Below, piece after piece: positions 27,345-37,217 of a stretch of DNA of 64,000 nucleotides. A program made the translations under genes and the position numbers. The stretch is taken from contig OY759316.1 of the NCBI GenBank assembly GCA_963662275.1, positions 3,296,001-3,360,000 on the forward strand, read 5' to 3'. Within the stretch, counting starts at the first letter, position 1, and each line of letters starts with the position of its first letter. This DNA comes from Candidatus Cloacimonadales bacterium (GTDB lineage: Bacteria; Cloacimonadota; Cloacimonadia; Cloacimonadales; DAONDQ01). The notes beneath the pieces are model-generated. The model saw only the letters and a program-made list of their open reading frames with translations. It did not search any database and was not told where the DNA came from.

Positions 27345-30300
27345 AATTTATCGTCTTTACAAAGACCTTGAACCCTTTCCCTTGTAATGCACTGATTAAT
27401 TTTACATCAGGATAGATCTTCAGCGTGTTTGAATGAAGAACCATCTGTTTAAAACGTTCTGATTTAATCATAAATGATACATGGAATTGTCCTTTTTCTC
27501 CCTCGGACATCTTCCTTACTTCATGTGCCAAATCTATGTTTGCATCTTTTTCATCCAACTGGATGAACACATCTCCAGTCAGGTGATTACGTAATTCAGA
27601 AATCGGAAACAGCATTTTTGGAACGATCCGCAACAAACTCTCATCCCCATTTGAATAGGCAGATTTCTTGCCGAATATGAATAAAAATTTTCCTGTTTCT
27701 ATCTTATCAATGAACTGATGATAATCCTTATCAAATAAGGTTAGCTCGAATCTACCTTCCATATCTTCACAAATGACAAATGCCATCATCTTCCCGTTTT
27801 TATTTTTTTTCTTCCTAATTTCCGTCACAATACCAACTAACCGGAGATCACTTTGTATCTGTTCCTGTTCTGGTGAAGTCTGACTATTCGCATTAGAGAA
27901 TAGATCCAACACCGGTTTGTATTCAAATAAAGGATGACCGGAAACATAGAATCCCAAGACACTTTTTTCCATTTCCAGTTTTTTATTAAAGTTCCAATCA
28001 ATCGCTTCCGGTAATTTTGGGAAATATGTATTCTCTTCCTGTGTGTCATCCAAGATATCAAAGAGAGTCATCTGCCCTCGTTTCTTTTCTCGATGATGGC
28101 TGGCTGCAAATTCAATGACAGATTCTACTGCTTCCCACTTTTGTGCTCGTGTACCTTCCAGATTATCCATGGCTCCTGCTGCGGTTAAGCTTTCGAGTAC
28201 AGTTTTGTTCACTGCCATGGGATCAACCCTGCTGCAAAGATCATAAATACTTTTGTAGGTACCGTTTTTATCTCTTTCTTCAATTAAAGCTTGAATGGCA
28301 GCATCACCCACATTCTTCACACCTCGCAAACCAAATAGTATGGAATCACCATGCACGGCAAAAACATCATGGCTTTGATTAATATCCGGGGGTATGACCT
28401 TGATACCCATTGCCATGCATTCTTCCATGAAATATGGTATCTTTACGGGATCATCTTCCAAGGATAGGAGAGCAGCCATGAATTCAACAGGATAGTGTGA
28501 TTTCAGAAAAGCTGTCTGGAATGCCACTAAAGCATAACAGGCTGCATGACTTTTATTAAATGCATATTCTGCAAATTTTTTCATTTCCTCCCAGATTTTA
28601 TCAGAGATCTGGTAAGCAACACCATTTTTGAAGGCATTCTCTTTGAATGTCTTTTCGTATTTTTCCATCATAGACAGTTTCTTCTTACCCATGGCTTTGC
28701 GAAGTGAATCTGCTTCTCCCCTGGTGAAATTACCCATCTCTCGGGAAATTTGCATCACCTGCTCCTGGTAAACAATCACTCCATATGTATCCCGCAATGC
28801 AGCTTCTGATAAAGGATGTGAATATTGAACTTCTTCCTCTCCGTGCTTTCTGCGGATATAATTGCTGATAAATTGCATTGGACCTGGACGATAAAGAGCA
28901 ACCATAGCAATCAGGTCATCAAACTGGTTGGGTTTCAATTCCATCAGGTTCTTTTTCATACCGGGAGATTCAAACTGGAAAATACCGTCAGTCTGACCTT
29001 TCGCTAACAACTCATAACTTGAGGCATCGGTTAGATCAAGATTTTCTATATCTATATTAATATCCTGGGATGATTTGACGATCTCAATAGTTCTTTGAAT
29101 CAATGTCAGGGTTTTTAAGCCCAGGAAATCTATTTTTAGAAGCTTCAGATCTTCCAGGCATCGTCCTTCATATTGGGTGACGGCTGAATTCTCCTGTCCC
29201 TTTTGGCTTGTACTTGCCAGGGGTACATAATCGCTGAGATCTCCGGGTCCAATCAGAACACCAGCAGCATGCACTCCAACCTGTCTGACTAAACCCTCCA
29301 AAACTAAACTATGCTTTAGGATTGTGGCATAGACGGCATTATTCTCCATTAACATGCGAAATTCAGGAGACTCTCTCAGACATTCTTTTAGAGTGATTTT
29401 GGGTTTACTGGGCATAATTTTCGTAATTAGATTTGAATCTACGGCAGATACACCCATGACACGCGCAACGTCCTTGATGACAGATTTCGCACCAAGAGTT
29501 CCGAAAGTAACGATTTGCGCTACACTGTCACGTCCATATTTTTCAATTACATAATCAATAACTCTTGATCTTCCCTGGGCACAAAAATCGATGTCTATAT
29601 CCGGCATACTGATACGATCCGGATTCAGAAAACGCTCAAAAAGCAGATCATATTTCAAAGGATTGATGCGGGTAATATCCAATAAATAGGAAACGATACT
29701 ACCTGCAGCAGAACCTCTACCAGGACCTACAGGAATATCCATAGCTCGCGCGGCATCAATAAAATCCTTTACCACAAGAAAATAACGTTCAAAACCAGTA
29801 CCTTTGATCACTCCCAGTTCATAATCGATCCGTTCTTGAATCTCGTCTGTTATTTCTCCATATTTTTGAGGAACGGCACTTAAACAGAGATTCCTAAGAT
29901 ATTCAGTATAATTGGTATCACCGTCAGGTAAATCGAAACGTGGTAACAAAAATTCATCATAATCTAATACTAAATCTATTTGATTCGCGATCTTCTGCGT
30001 ATTCTCGTAGGCTTCATCCAATTCAGGAAACAACAGGCGCATCTCCTGTTCGTTCTTAAAATATAACTCATTGGTATTGTAATGCATCCGATTCGTATCT
30101 TCCAGCGTTTTACCTGTTTGAATGCAGAGCAGGATATCATGAGCTTCAGCATCTTCTTCCAGGAGATAATGGCAATCATTTGTCACGACCATTGGAGTAT
30201 CAGTGTCCTGCGCTAATTTAATCAGCTTGGGTATGATCAGTTTTTCATCTGGTAGATTATGGTCTTGCAATTCGATATAAAATCTGCCGGGGAATGTTTC

Positions 30301-30783
30301 CTTGTAGAACTTTAGAGCTTCCTCAGCTCCTTTTTCATTATCATTCAGTAATAGATTGGGAATTTCTCCCTGCAAACAAGCAGATAAGCAAATCAGACCT
30401 TCATTGTATTGTTTTAAAAGGGATTTACTGATCCTGGGTTTGTAGTAGAAACCATCCATAAAGGATTTGGAAGTCAGTTTCATGAGGTTTTTATAACCTT
30501 TCAGGTTTTGAGCAAGCAGGACAAGATGATAGCGATGATCAGGACGGGATTCAATCTGATCAATCTCGCCATTGATTAAATAGGTTTCAATACCAATAAT
30601 GGGCTTGAGTTCCAGTTTCTTGGCTGCATTGTAAAACTCGATTGCCCCGAACATATTTCCATGATCGGTAATGGCAACGGCATTCATTCCGAACTCTACC
30701 GCAAGATGCAACATTTTATCAATACGGCAGGCACCGTCAAGAAGACTGAATTGAGTATGATTGTGTAGATGAACAAACGCCAT
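27337..30783 (-). CDS. dnaE: DNA polymerase III subunit alpha
   Basis: PHP domain HLHNHTQFSLLDG; GPGRGSAAGS; SMPDIDIDF; YAFNKSHA; C-terminal OB fold. Confidence 0.98.
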   Translation of the reverse strand: MAFVHLHNHTQFSLLDGACRIDKMLHLAVEFGMNAVAITDHGNMFGAIEFYNAAKKLELKPIIGIETYLINGEIDQIESRPDHRYHLVLLAQNLKGYKNLMKLTSKSFMDGFYYKPRISKSLLKQYNEGLICLSACLQGEIPNLLLNDNEKGAEEALKFYKETFPGRFYIELQDHNLPDEKLIIPKLIKLAQDTDTPMVVTNDCHYLLEEDAEAHDILLCIQTGKTLEDTNRMHYNTNELYFKNEQEMRLLFPELDEAYENTQKIANQIDLVLDYDEFLLPRFDLPDGDTNYTEYLRNLCLSAVPQKYGEITDEIQERIDYELGVIKGTGFERYFLVVKDFIDAARAMDIPVGPGRGSAAGSIVSYLLDITRINPLKYDLLFERFLNPDRISMPDIDIDFCAQGRSRVIDYVIEKYGRDSVAQIVTFGTLGAKSVIKDVARVMGVSAVDSNLITKIMPSKPKITLKECLRESPEFRMLMENNAVYATILKHSLVLEGLVRQVGVHAAGVLIGPGDLSDYVPLASTSQKGQENSAVTQYEGRCLEDLKLLKIDFLGLKTLTLIQRTIEIVKSSQDINIDIENLDLTDASSYELLAKGQTDGIFQFESPGMKKNLMELKPNQFDDLIAMVALYRPGPMQFISNYIRRKHGEEEVQYSHPLSEAALRDTYGVIVYQEQVMQISREMGNFTRGEADSLRKAMGKKKLSMMEKYEKTFKENAFKNGVAYQISDKIWEEMKKFAEYAFNKSHAACYALVAFQTAFLKSHYPVEFMAALLSLEDDPVKIPYFMEECMAMGIKVIPPDINQSHDVFAVHGDSILFGLRGVKNVGDAAIQALIEERDKNGTYKSIYDLCSRVDPMAVNKTVLESLTAAGAMDNLEGTRAQKWEAVESVIEFAASHHREKKRGQMTLFDILDDTQEENTYFPKLPEAIDWNFNKKLEMEKSVLGFYVSGHPLFEYKPVLDLFSNANSQTSPEQEQIQSDLRLVGIVTEIRKKKNKNGKMMAFVICEDMEGRFELTLFDKDYHQFIDKIETGKFLFIFGKKSAYSNGDESLLRIVPKMLFPISELRNHLTGDVFIQLDEKDANIDLAHEVRKMSEGEKGQFHVSFMIKSERFKQMVLHSNTLKIYPDVKLISALQGKGFKVFVKTINYV

Positions 30784-30977
30784 TTATTTTACTTCCTCTT
30801 CGAATTTCCAATGGTTATTATTACGAAAGAGGATAAATCTGTCAAAGGATTTACTAAATATTTATTCAAAACCATAACCGCATTATTTTCAATAAGATAT
30901 GACCGTCAATCATTTCGCTTGCATATTTTTATTTGTTCTTATAATTTGTTCTTATATAAGAAATAAAGGAAGTTACT

Positions 30978-31322
30978 ATGAGCAACGATTTTTCTTGGTT
31001 CGACTCCGTTTCTGCTGCCATGACTGTCTGTGATCTCGAGGGTATCATCATCGCTATGAATGAAAAAGCCAGCATCTCCTTTGCCAAAGATGGCGGGAAA
31101 GATTTGATCGGTAAAAGCCTCCTGGATTGTCATAATCCTCATTCTCAGAAGATGATCAAAGAAATGATGACTACCGGAAATGTGAACGCTTATACGATTG
31201 AGAAAAAAGGGATTAAAAAGCTGATTTACCAGGCTCCCTGGTACAAGGATGGAACTATCGCTGGTCTTGTGGAAATATCCATGGAAATACCCGCTGAAAT
31301 GCCCCATTTTGTCAGATCGTAG
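30978..31322 (+). CDS. stand-alone PAS domain protein
   Basis: TVCDLEGIIIAMN...LIGKSLLDCH...YTIEKKGIKKLIYQAPW...GLVEIS. Confidence 0.8.
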   Translation: MSNDFSWFDSVSAAMTVCDLEGIIIAMNEKASISFAKDGGKDLIGKSLLDCHNPHSQKMIKEMMTTGNVNAYTIEKKGIKKLIYQAPWYKDGTIAGLVEISMEIPAEMPHFVRS

Positions 31323-31390
31323 AGACGACCTATAAGGGCGACTCTATTTGAAAAAGGAGGAGAATCAGGCGTGCAAGGTGCATGCCTCTA
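31319..31390. repeat. doublet of degenerate GTAG-type REP-like palindromes
   Basis: gtagagacgacctataagggcgactct (overlapping the PAS gene stop) and the inverted aggcgtgcaaggtgcatgcctcta. Confidence 0.55.
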
Positions 31391-31422
31391 TTATTCATAT
31401 CTGTCTTTAATTCCACGTAATT

Positions 31423-31536
31423 TATACCAAGTTCAATCAAAGTTCAATCCTGTTTCATACCAATCCCTTTCCAATTTCTCGAAACAGGAATGAAACAGGA
31501 ATGAAACTGGTATGAAACAGGATTGAAACTGGTATA
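31423..31536. repeat. 11-bp unit array in inverted arrangement, GAAAC(A/T)GG(A/T)AT-like
   Basis: Right arm: gaaacaggaat gaaacaggaat gaaactggtat gaaacaggatt gaaactggtat. The left arm has degenerate reverse complements (tataccaagtt caatcaaagtt caatcctgttt cataccaatcc). Confidence 0.8.
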
Positions 31537-31645
31537 ATCCTTGAGGAATGAAGCCTTATCAATAGATAGGTTTTAAATCTGATTATCTTGTTACATTTAC
31601 CAAAGATAAGGAGTTTGCTCCCTACGAACTCACTGGAAAGCCGGC

Positions 31646-32662
31646 TTATTGCACTGTGAAGGTATATTCATGAGATTCAGAACCGATGTTCATATTCAAT
31701 CCTGAGTCCCAATCAAAGGCATCCACACGCCACTTGAACGTTTGATTTGTAAATAACTGACCAGTATAGTAGATATTGTAAGTATTCTCACTCACGCTCA
31801 GGATATCTGATGACCAAAGCAATTCATGTGATTCATCAAAGAGTAATACCCGATACTTCATTGAGGTTCCACTTGTATCAAATTCAAATGAAAGACCATT
31901 CATTGATTCCAGCGTGGCATTGTTTTGAGGAGAATGGAGCATCTGCTTATCCAAGAGTCGATAGGATACAGTATCTGAAGTAGTACTGTTCCCCATCTGA
32001 TCAAACACTTTGATAAAATACGAATACTCGAAGTATATACTATCAGGACTCATGGTCACATTCTTCATATCATTAAAGGATACTTGTGAAGGCGAAATGG
32101 AAGCTATCATTTTCGGAGCGGAAATTTCATTGAATCTATATACTTGAATATGATCCAGATCTGAATCGTGTAAAGGTTCCCAACTGATCTTTATTCCATC
32201 TACTTCAGGGATCGCATCTATGCCATTGGTTTCATCTTGTATGACAACCCATGCACCATTAAAATAGAGTGAATCAGTGGAATCACCGGTATCTCCGAGA
32301 TGAGGAATTAGAATTGGTTTGGCTGGAGGATGGAAGATCGTATACGTGATCATCGTGACAGCACTGGAAGTCCAGCCTTGTTTATATGCTTTTGCCTTAA
32401 ATGTAGTTGTATTCGCTATTTCAAGAGGAATTGTATATAATGCTGATGAATCAGATGGTATCGTTCCATTTGTCGTGTAACGGATTTGAGCATCCATCGT
32501 TGGGCATGTGATCGTAACAGTCTTCGAAGTATTGTACGTACCTTCCTGGAGAGAAAATACAGGTTGTGCAACGATTGAAAGCGTGTGGTTTTCGGTGGGA
32601 GTTGAACATCCAATTAACAAAATGGTTATCAACGCAGACAGGCAAATATATAAGTATCTCAT
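31646..32662 (-). CDS. lipoprotein with a chitobiase/beta-hexosaminidase C-terminal (FN3-associated) domain
   Basis: Lipobox LLIGC; PVFSLQEGTY...AQIRYTTNGTIPS...LYTIPL...FKAKAYK; further Ig/FN3-like modules. Confidence 0.7.
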   Translation of the reverse strand: MRYLYICLSALITILLIGCSTPTENHTLSIVAQPVFSLQEGTYNTSKTVTITCPTMDAQIRYTTNGTIPSDSSALYTIPLEIANTTTFKAKAYKQGWTSSAVTMITYTIFHPPAKPILIPHLGDTGDSTDSLYFNGAWVVIQDETNGIDAIPEVDGIKISWEPLHDSDLDHIQVYRFNEISAPKMIASISPSQVSFNDMKNVTMSPDSIYFEYSYFIKVFDQMGNSTTSDTVSYRLLDKQMLHSPQNNATLESMNGLSFEFDTSGTSMKYRVLLFDESHELLWSSDILSVSENTYNIYYTGQLFTNQTFKWRVDAFDWDSGLNMNIGSESHEYTFTVQ

Positions 32663-32815
32663 TATTCTCCCTAACAACGCATCATTGAATCATAAGAAAC
32701 CATTGATATCAATATCAATTTAATTAAAATGACAAGTGTAAGTCAAGTAAATATTCGGAAAACTCTTTCTTGAAATATTCTTATTCCCCGACCAAGGTTA
32801 AAGAATTAGCATGTT

Positions 32816-32843
32816 AAAATGGCTGCCCGAAGGCAGCCATTTT
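32816..32843 (-). terminator. intrinsic (possibly bidirectional) terminator
   Basis: AAAATGGCTGCC-CGAA-GGCAGCCATTTT. Confidence 0.8.
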
Positions 32844-32872
32844 ACTTTTTGTATGCTATAGAAACTGGATAA

Positions 32873-34162
32873 CTATTTTAAAATAAGAATTTTTCTTGTT
32901 TGATTTAGACTCGGTGTAACCAATCGATAGAAATACATACCTTCAGCACATTTGTTGTTCTTGCTGTCCGTTCTATTCCACTCGATTCTATGAGTTCCCG
33001 ACTGTAAATTATAAGAATTTACTAATTGTCCTTTGAGATTGTAAATACTCAGAACACCAGTCTCGCCACTCTTTATGGAGGCATTGACAACCGGGTTCAC
33101 TGATCTTGCAGGATTCGGATATACGGATGATAAGCTGGTTACCGTAACGGCAACAGGTACGTTTTCACTGAGCGTATTAATATTAATCGGTCCGTATAGA
33201 TTTGATGAACCATCATAATCATTGGATTCCAACCAATAATAATAAGCCTGGTTGGAAGCGACATCCAGATCCTGGAAATGATATTCTGTTGTTTGTGACG
33301 TATTTGTCGCACTGATCATTCCACCATTCACCTTTGTGGCGGTATTGACCAGTTTATCTGTGTTACGATAGATATTGAATCCCTGGACATTCGTCTCTGA
33401 TTCAGTCACCCAGTTGATCTGACATAAACCGGAAGCATATGTACCACTAAAGGAAGACAGTTCAACAGGACATTCATCATCTACATCATCACCGAGTTTA
33501 AATGCAAGATCCTGTATTACTGGTGGAATATCCGGGAAGATATGCCACGCCCCATGCATGAAATAGGTTGCCTTATCATTCCAGGGATTATTCGTAGTTT
33601 TCCAACCAATTCTTGTGTTTATGGTATCTTGAATGGCTACACTCACACTTATCCAGTAAATTGTCCCTGAAGTTTGGATGAAAGCTAAACTATCAGGAAT
33701 AATTATCTGGGTTCGGTAATAATCAAGATGATTAGCAGGAATATACTCTTGTGTCCAAGGATCATACCAGGCTTGTACTCCTGAACCGAAATACCAGCTA
33801 TGTTTAGGTATAAACCAATCACTCCAAAGCAAGTTCCCAGGATGGCTGAATAAAGGTCCCTGACCGTCTGGATCAGCAACGTCTGACCATATCTGTATCA
33901 ATAAGCTATCAATGATTCCTTCGTCATCATTGAACCACGAATTGTAAATACAAATATTTCTGATAGGACCTGTACTCGAACAAAGCCAATCATCTGCAAG
34001 AGTGTCTGGATAGAAAAACTTGATATCAACACCGTTTGGATCTGGAAAACGCTCCCATTTCCATACAGCGTTTAATGATATTGTCGACATGATAAATAAG
34101 AATAGAATAAGCAATAACTTGCTCTTCTGCCACCAATCAAACTGTGACTTAACTAATTTCAT
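32873..34162 (-). CDS. secreted protein with a PVELSSF linker and a C-terminal FlgD/T9SS-type sorting domain
   Basis: Signal peptide; LADDWLC..TGPI domain; CPVELSSF...WVTESETNVQGFNIYR; SVYPNP...IYNLKGQLV...RKILILK. Confidence 0.78.
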   Translation of the reverse strand: MKLVKSQFDWWQKSKLLLILFLFIMSTISLNAVWKWERFPDPNGVDIKFFYPDTLADDWLCSSTGPIRNICIYNSWFNDDEGIIDSLLIQIWSDVADPDGQGPLFSHPGNLLWSDWFIPKHSWYFGSGVQAWYDPWTQEYIPANHLDYYRTQIIIPDSLAFIQTSGTIYWISVSVAIQDTINTRIGWKTTNNPWNDKATYFMHGAWHIFPDIPPVIQDLAFKLGDDVDDECPVELSSFSGTYASGLCQINWVTESETNVQGFNIYRNTDKLVNTATKVNGGMISATNTSQTTEYHFQDLDVASNQAYYYWLESNDYDGSSNLYGPININTLSENVPVAVTVTSLSSVYPNPARSVNPVVNASIKSGETGVLSIYNLKGQLVNSYNLQSGTHRIEWNRTDSKNNKCAEGMYFYRLVTPSLNQTRKILILK

Positions 34163-34410
34163 ATTCCCTCCAGTATCCATATTATTTTATAGCATACAAC
34201 CCGAAAATATGTAAATATCATTTAAGGTCAAGAAGTATTTTCGTAATAGGGAGTTTTTGCATGATACATATCTCCATGTATGTGTTTGCCCAATATACAG
34301 CAGTTATAGAATTATCACACATTAACATAAGATACTGTTTTATCGTTTTAATATGATATAAATTTACTTATGACAAATTTTCAAAATGCTTACGCATTAC
34401 ATAATATGTT

Positions 34411-34899
34411 TTAACGAAGTGCTAAGATATCAGCTATCTTTTTTCTCATAGTATCCCAATGTGTTCCAGTCCAGTAGAATCTGCCACAATATCTGCAAAC
34501 AAAGTACTCATGGTATTTTGCATAAACTCGATCGGGTACTAAGCCTATCACTTTTTCCTTCTGAATGAGGTAAAGAGGACGATTACAACAAAGGCATCTT
34601 GTAAAAAAATACTTCTCATCCGGATGTAAAGAAGATAGTATCTCTTTTAGTTGTTCCAAGTGATCATCGGAATGAACCAGGATGCGTGTAAAAGGACGTT
34701 TGTCTTTACTCAGCTTGATGCTGCGTGTTAATAATATCCTGTCCTCCGTAATTGTACGTCGTATCAATTCAGAAACCGAAATAGCTGGTATGACAGCAGC
34801 ATCAAATCCCATCATGCGAAGCCATTTGGCTACTCGGTTGAGATCAATGGAAAGCAGGAACTTCTGCGTTGGGTATCCTTTTTCAGCGTCTTGCATCAC
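34411..34899 (-). CDS. Mut7-C RNase domain protein (PIN-like plus Zn ribbon)
   Basis: VAKWLRMMGFDA, EDRILLTR, FTRCLCCN, CRYCGRFYWTGTHW. Confidence 0.85.
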   Translation of the reverse strand: MMQDAEKGYPTQKFLLSIDLNRVAKWLRMMGFDAAVIPAISVSELIRRTITEDRILLTRSIKLSKDKRPFTRILVHSDDHLEQLKEILSSLHPDEKYFFTRCLCCNRPLYLIQKEKVIGLVPDRVYAKYHEYFVCRYCGRFYWTGTHWDTMRKKIADILALR

Positions 34900-35569
34900 G
34901 GATAAGGATCATTCGGATCAGGTTAATCAGAGCCATGAGTGTTGCTGCCACATATGTCAGGGCTGCAGCATCAAGAACTTTTTTCGCCCCTGCCATTTCC
35001 TGAGGGTTGATAATGAAGCCATCATTTAATTGCGCAAGTGCCCTGGAAGAGGCATTATATTCAACAGGCAGAGTTATTACATGAAACAGTAAAACACCTG
35101 CAAAAAGAATAATACCAACATTAATGAGAAAGGAAAAAGCTGAAAAGAACAAACCGACAAAAAACAAAGGAAATGCAAGAGTAGAACCGATATTTGCTAC
35201 AGGAAAAAAACTGTTCCGAATACGAATGGGTGAATAACCTAAAGCATGCTGAATTGCATGTCCACATTCATGAGCTGCAATGGTAATTGCAGCTAACGAT
35301 CTGGAATTATATACACCTTCGGATAGATTTAATGATAAATCCCGGGGATTGTAATTATCTGTTAAGTTGCCCTGGATCGGCTGAATAACAACATCTTTAA
35401 GCCCATTTCGGTCTAAGATCAGCCTGGCTACTTCAGAACCTGTCATATCGATTGTATTTGCTACCTTGCTATATTTTTTATAGGCACCTGATACCCTCAT
35501 CTGCGCATACAATGCGAGAATAAGAAAAGGAATCAATATCAGGAAAGTAGTTCCTCCAAAGAAAAGCAT
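34883..35569 (-). CDS. membrane neutral zinc metallopeptidase (YugP/Zn_peptidase_2 family)
   Basis: LTDNYNP, AAHECGHAIQH (HExxH), TLPVEYNASSRA, VLDAAALTYVA. Confidence 0.9.
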   Translation of the reverse strand: MLFFGGTTFLILIPFLILALYAQMRVSGAYKKYSKVANTIDMTGSEVARLILDRNGLKDVVIQPIQGNLTDNYNPRDLSLNLSEGVYNSRSLAAITIAAHECGHAIQHALGYSPIRIRNSFFPVANIGSTLAFPLFFVGLFFSAFSFLINVGIILFAGVLLFHVITLPVEYNASSRALAQLNDGFIINPQEMAGAKKVLDAAALTYVAATLMALINLIRMILIRDARR

Positions 35570-35586
35570 AAGTTCCTCCCTTTAAT

Positions 35587-35820
35587 TCGTGGAGTAGGAT
35601 TCCGATCCTACTGAATACATACCCACGGAAGTAGTTGCTGCATCGTGGAGTAGGATTCCGATCCTACTGAATACTAACCCACGGAAGTAGTTGCTGCATC
35701 GTGGAGTAGGATTCCGATCCTACTGAATACATACCTGCTGAAGTGGTTGCTGCATCGTGGAGTAGGATTCCGATCCTACTGAACCTCTTTGTATTCAGCA
35801 CAATCGGTATCATGCTCTAC
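35587..35820. repeat. 56-bp tandem repeat (3.5 copies) of a REP-like hairpin plus one inverted degenerate copy
   Basis: tcgtggagtaggattccgatcctactgaa starts at 35587, 35643, 35699 and 35755. The inverted variant gtattcagcacaatcggtatcatgctctac is at 35791-35820. Confidence 0.85.
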
Positions 35821-35934
35821 ATAATTGAAACCATCTTCGATAATGTTTTTACATAAGGCAAGATAAATCTGATACTAAATCTCTTCGCATCAGCCCCCTA
35901 GCCTCCAGTCTCTAATCTCAAGCCTCTTCTGCCC

Positions 35935-36030
35935 CTACTTCAGCAGCAGCATTTTCTTCGATATCGTCTTCCATGGTGTTATTGCCCGATATAGGTAAAC
36001 ACCACTAGCCACTTGTTTGTCACTTGATAT
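35935..36030 (-). pseudogene. orphan remnant of a FlgD/T9SS-type C-terminal sorting domain
   Basis: Manual translation gives ...SDKQVASGVYLYRAITPWKTISKKMLLLK*(TAG). This matches the ends of the CTD proteins in this window, but there is no upstream gene body. Confidence 0.7.
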
Positions 36031-36145
36031 CCATCCAGTTTGATTGAAATTCAAACAATTTATTGACAAAAATGAAGTCGATTTAAAAATTCTGCTAAGA
36101 AAAAGTATATTGTAAATGGTATACTCTTAATATTCTGGGGGTATA

Positions 36146-37075
36146 ATGAATATAAAAAACGCTGCTGGTCTAATACTTGTAATCAGTTTACTCATTCTTG
36201 TAGGATGCAAGGATAAGATTACGGATACAAGTGGACTATTAAAGCTCAATGTGAATGGTCTTGTAAATCTTGGTTTAGATGCCAGGTATGAAGCTTGGAT
36301 CATTGTTGATGGGACACCGGAAAGTATTGGCAAATTCACAGTTAACAGTGAAGGTAATTTATCAATCACAACATTCACAGTTGAAAAGAGTATCCTTGCT
36401 GCGGCTACCGGGTTCTTTATTTCTATCGAACCGGTACCTGATCCAAGTCCTAATCATAGTAATTCTATCATTCTAGCGGGAAATTTTGGTAGTGCAACCG
36501 ATAGTACTCAGACAAACATAGCCTATCTATATATTGGACATCCACTTGCATTGAGTAATAATTTTCTGGAATCAGTAGGAAATTATGTTCTCTCTTCACC
36601 CACTGATACAAATCCAATGAATGAAACTTCAGGCATCTGGTTTATGGATGTCAGTTCAGGTTACCCTCACACTGGTTTATACTTACCACCGCTGCCAACC
36701 AGTTGGAAATATGAATCCTGGGCAGTCTTCCTCACGAATGATAATCGAATTATTACAAAATCAATGGGGAAATTTACACAAGCAAATCACTCTGATTTAG
36801 ATTCTCTGTATTGTGGTCCACTTTCTCAACCCGAGTATCCTGGTGAAGATTTTGTGAATGAAACACTAATTTCAGCTCTCGGCTTAGCTACCCCCATCAA
36901 TATGAGTGGAAAAAACATTTATATCACAGTTGAACCTGATCCGGATTTCAGTCCTGATCCATTTTTCCTGACACTACTTAAGGCTGCTATTCCTGCAAAT
37001 GCAGCACCACATTTGACATATACAATGACGAATCAAGCGGTGACCAGTAGTCCAACGGGAAAAGCAACTCGCTAG
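36146..37075 (+). CDS. lipoprotein with two RskA-C/anti-sigma-like repeats
   Basis: Lipobox LILVGC; repeated modules YEAWIIVDG..IGKF..ISIEP and YESWAV..MGKF..ITVEP. Confidence 0.6.
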   Translation: MNIKNAAGLILVISLLILVGCKDKITDTSGLLKLNVNGLVNLGLDARYEAWIIVDGTPESIGKFTVNSEGNLSITTFTVEKSILAAATGFFISIEPVPDPSPNHSNSIILAGNFGSATDSTQTNIAYLYIGHPLALSNNFLESVGNYVLSSPTDTNPMNETSGIWFMDVSSGYPHTGLYLPPLPTSWKYESWAVFLTNDNRIITKSMGKFTQANHSDLDSLYCGPLSQPEYPGEDFVNETLISALGLATPINMSGKNIYITVEPDPDFSPDPFFLTLLKAAIPANAAPHLTYTMTNQAVTSSPTGKATR

Positions 37076-37217
37076 ATTTCTGAGGTTACCATAAATTTAT
37101 TCAAATTAACTGCAATTCTTGCTGTAATTTGTATATCTTTTCTACTTAGAAGAGACTGACTAGTTACTGGATGATGTGTGTTCTACCAGACTCCGCAAAA
37201 CTATTAAAAAGGATGTT

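Noticed and set aside
27337..30783. Intein or split in dnaE
   Set aside because: Normal length (1148 aa) with continuous motifs and no intein signature.
35587..35783. CRISPR mini-array
   Set aside because: The putative spacers are near-identical copies of each other, so this is a tandem repeat.
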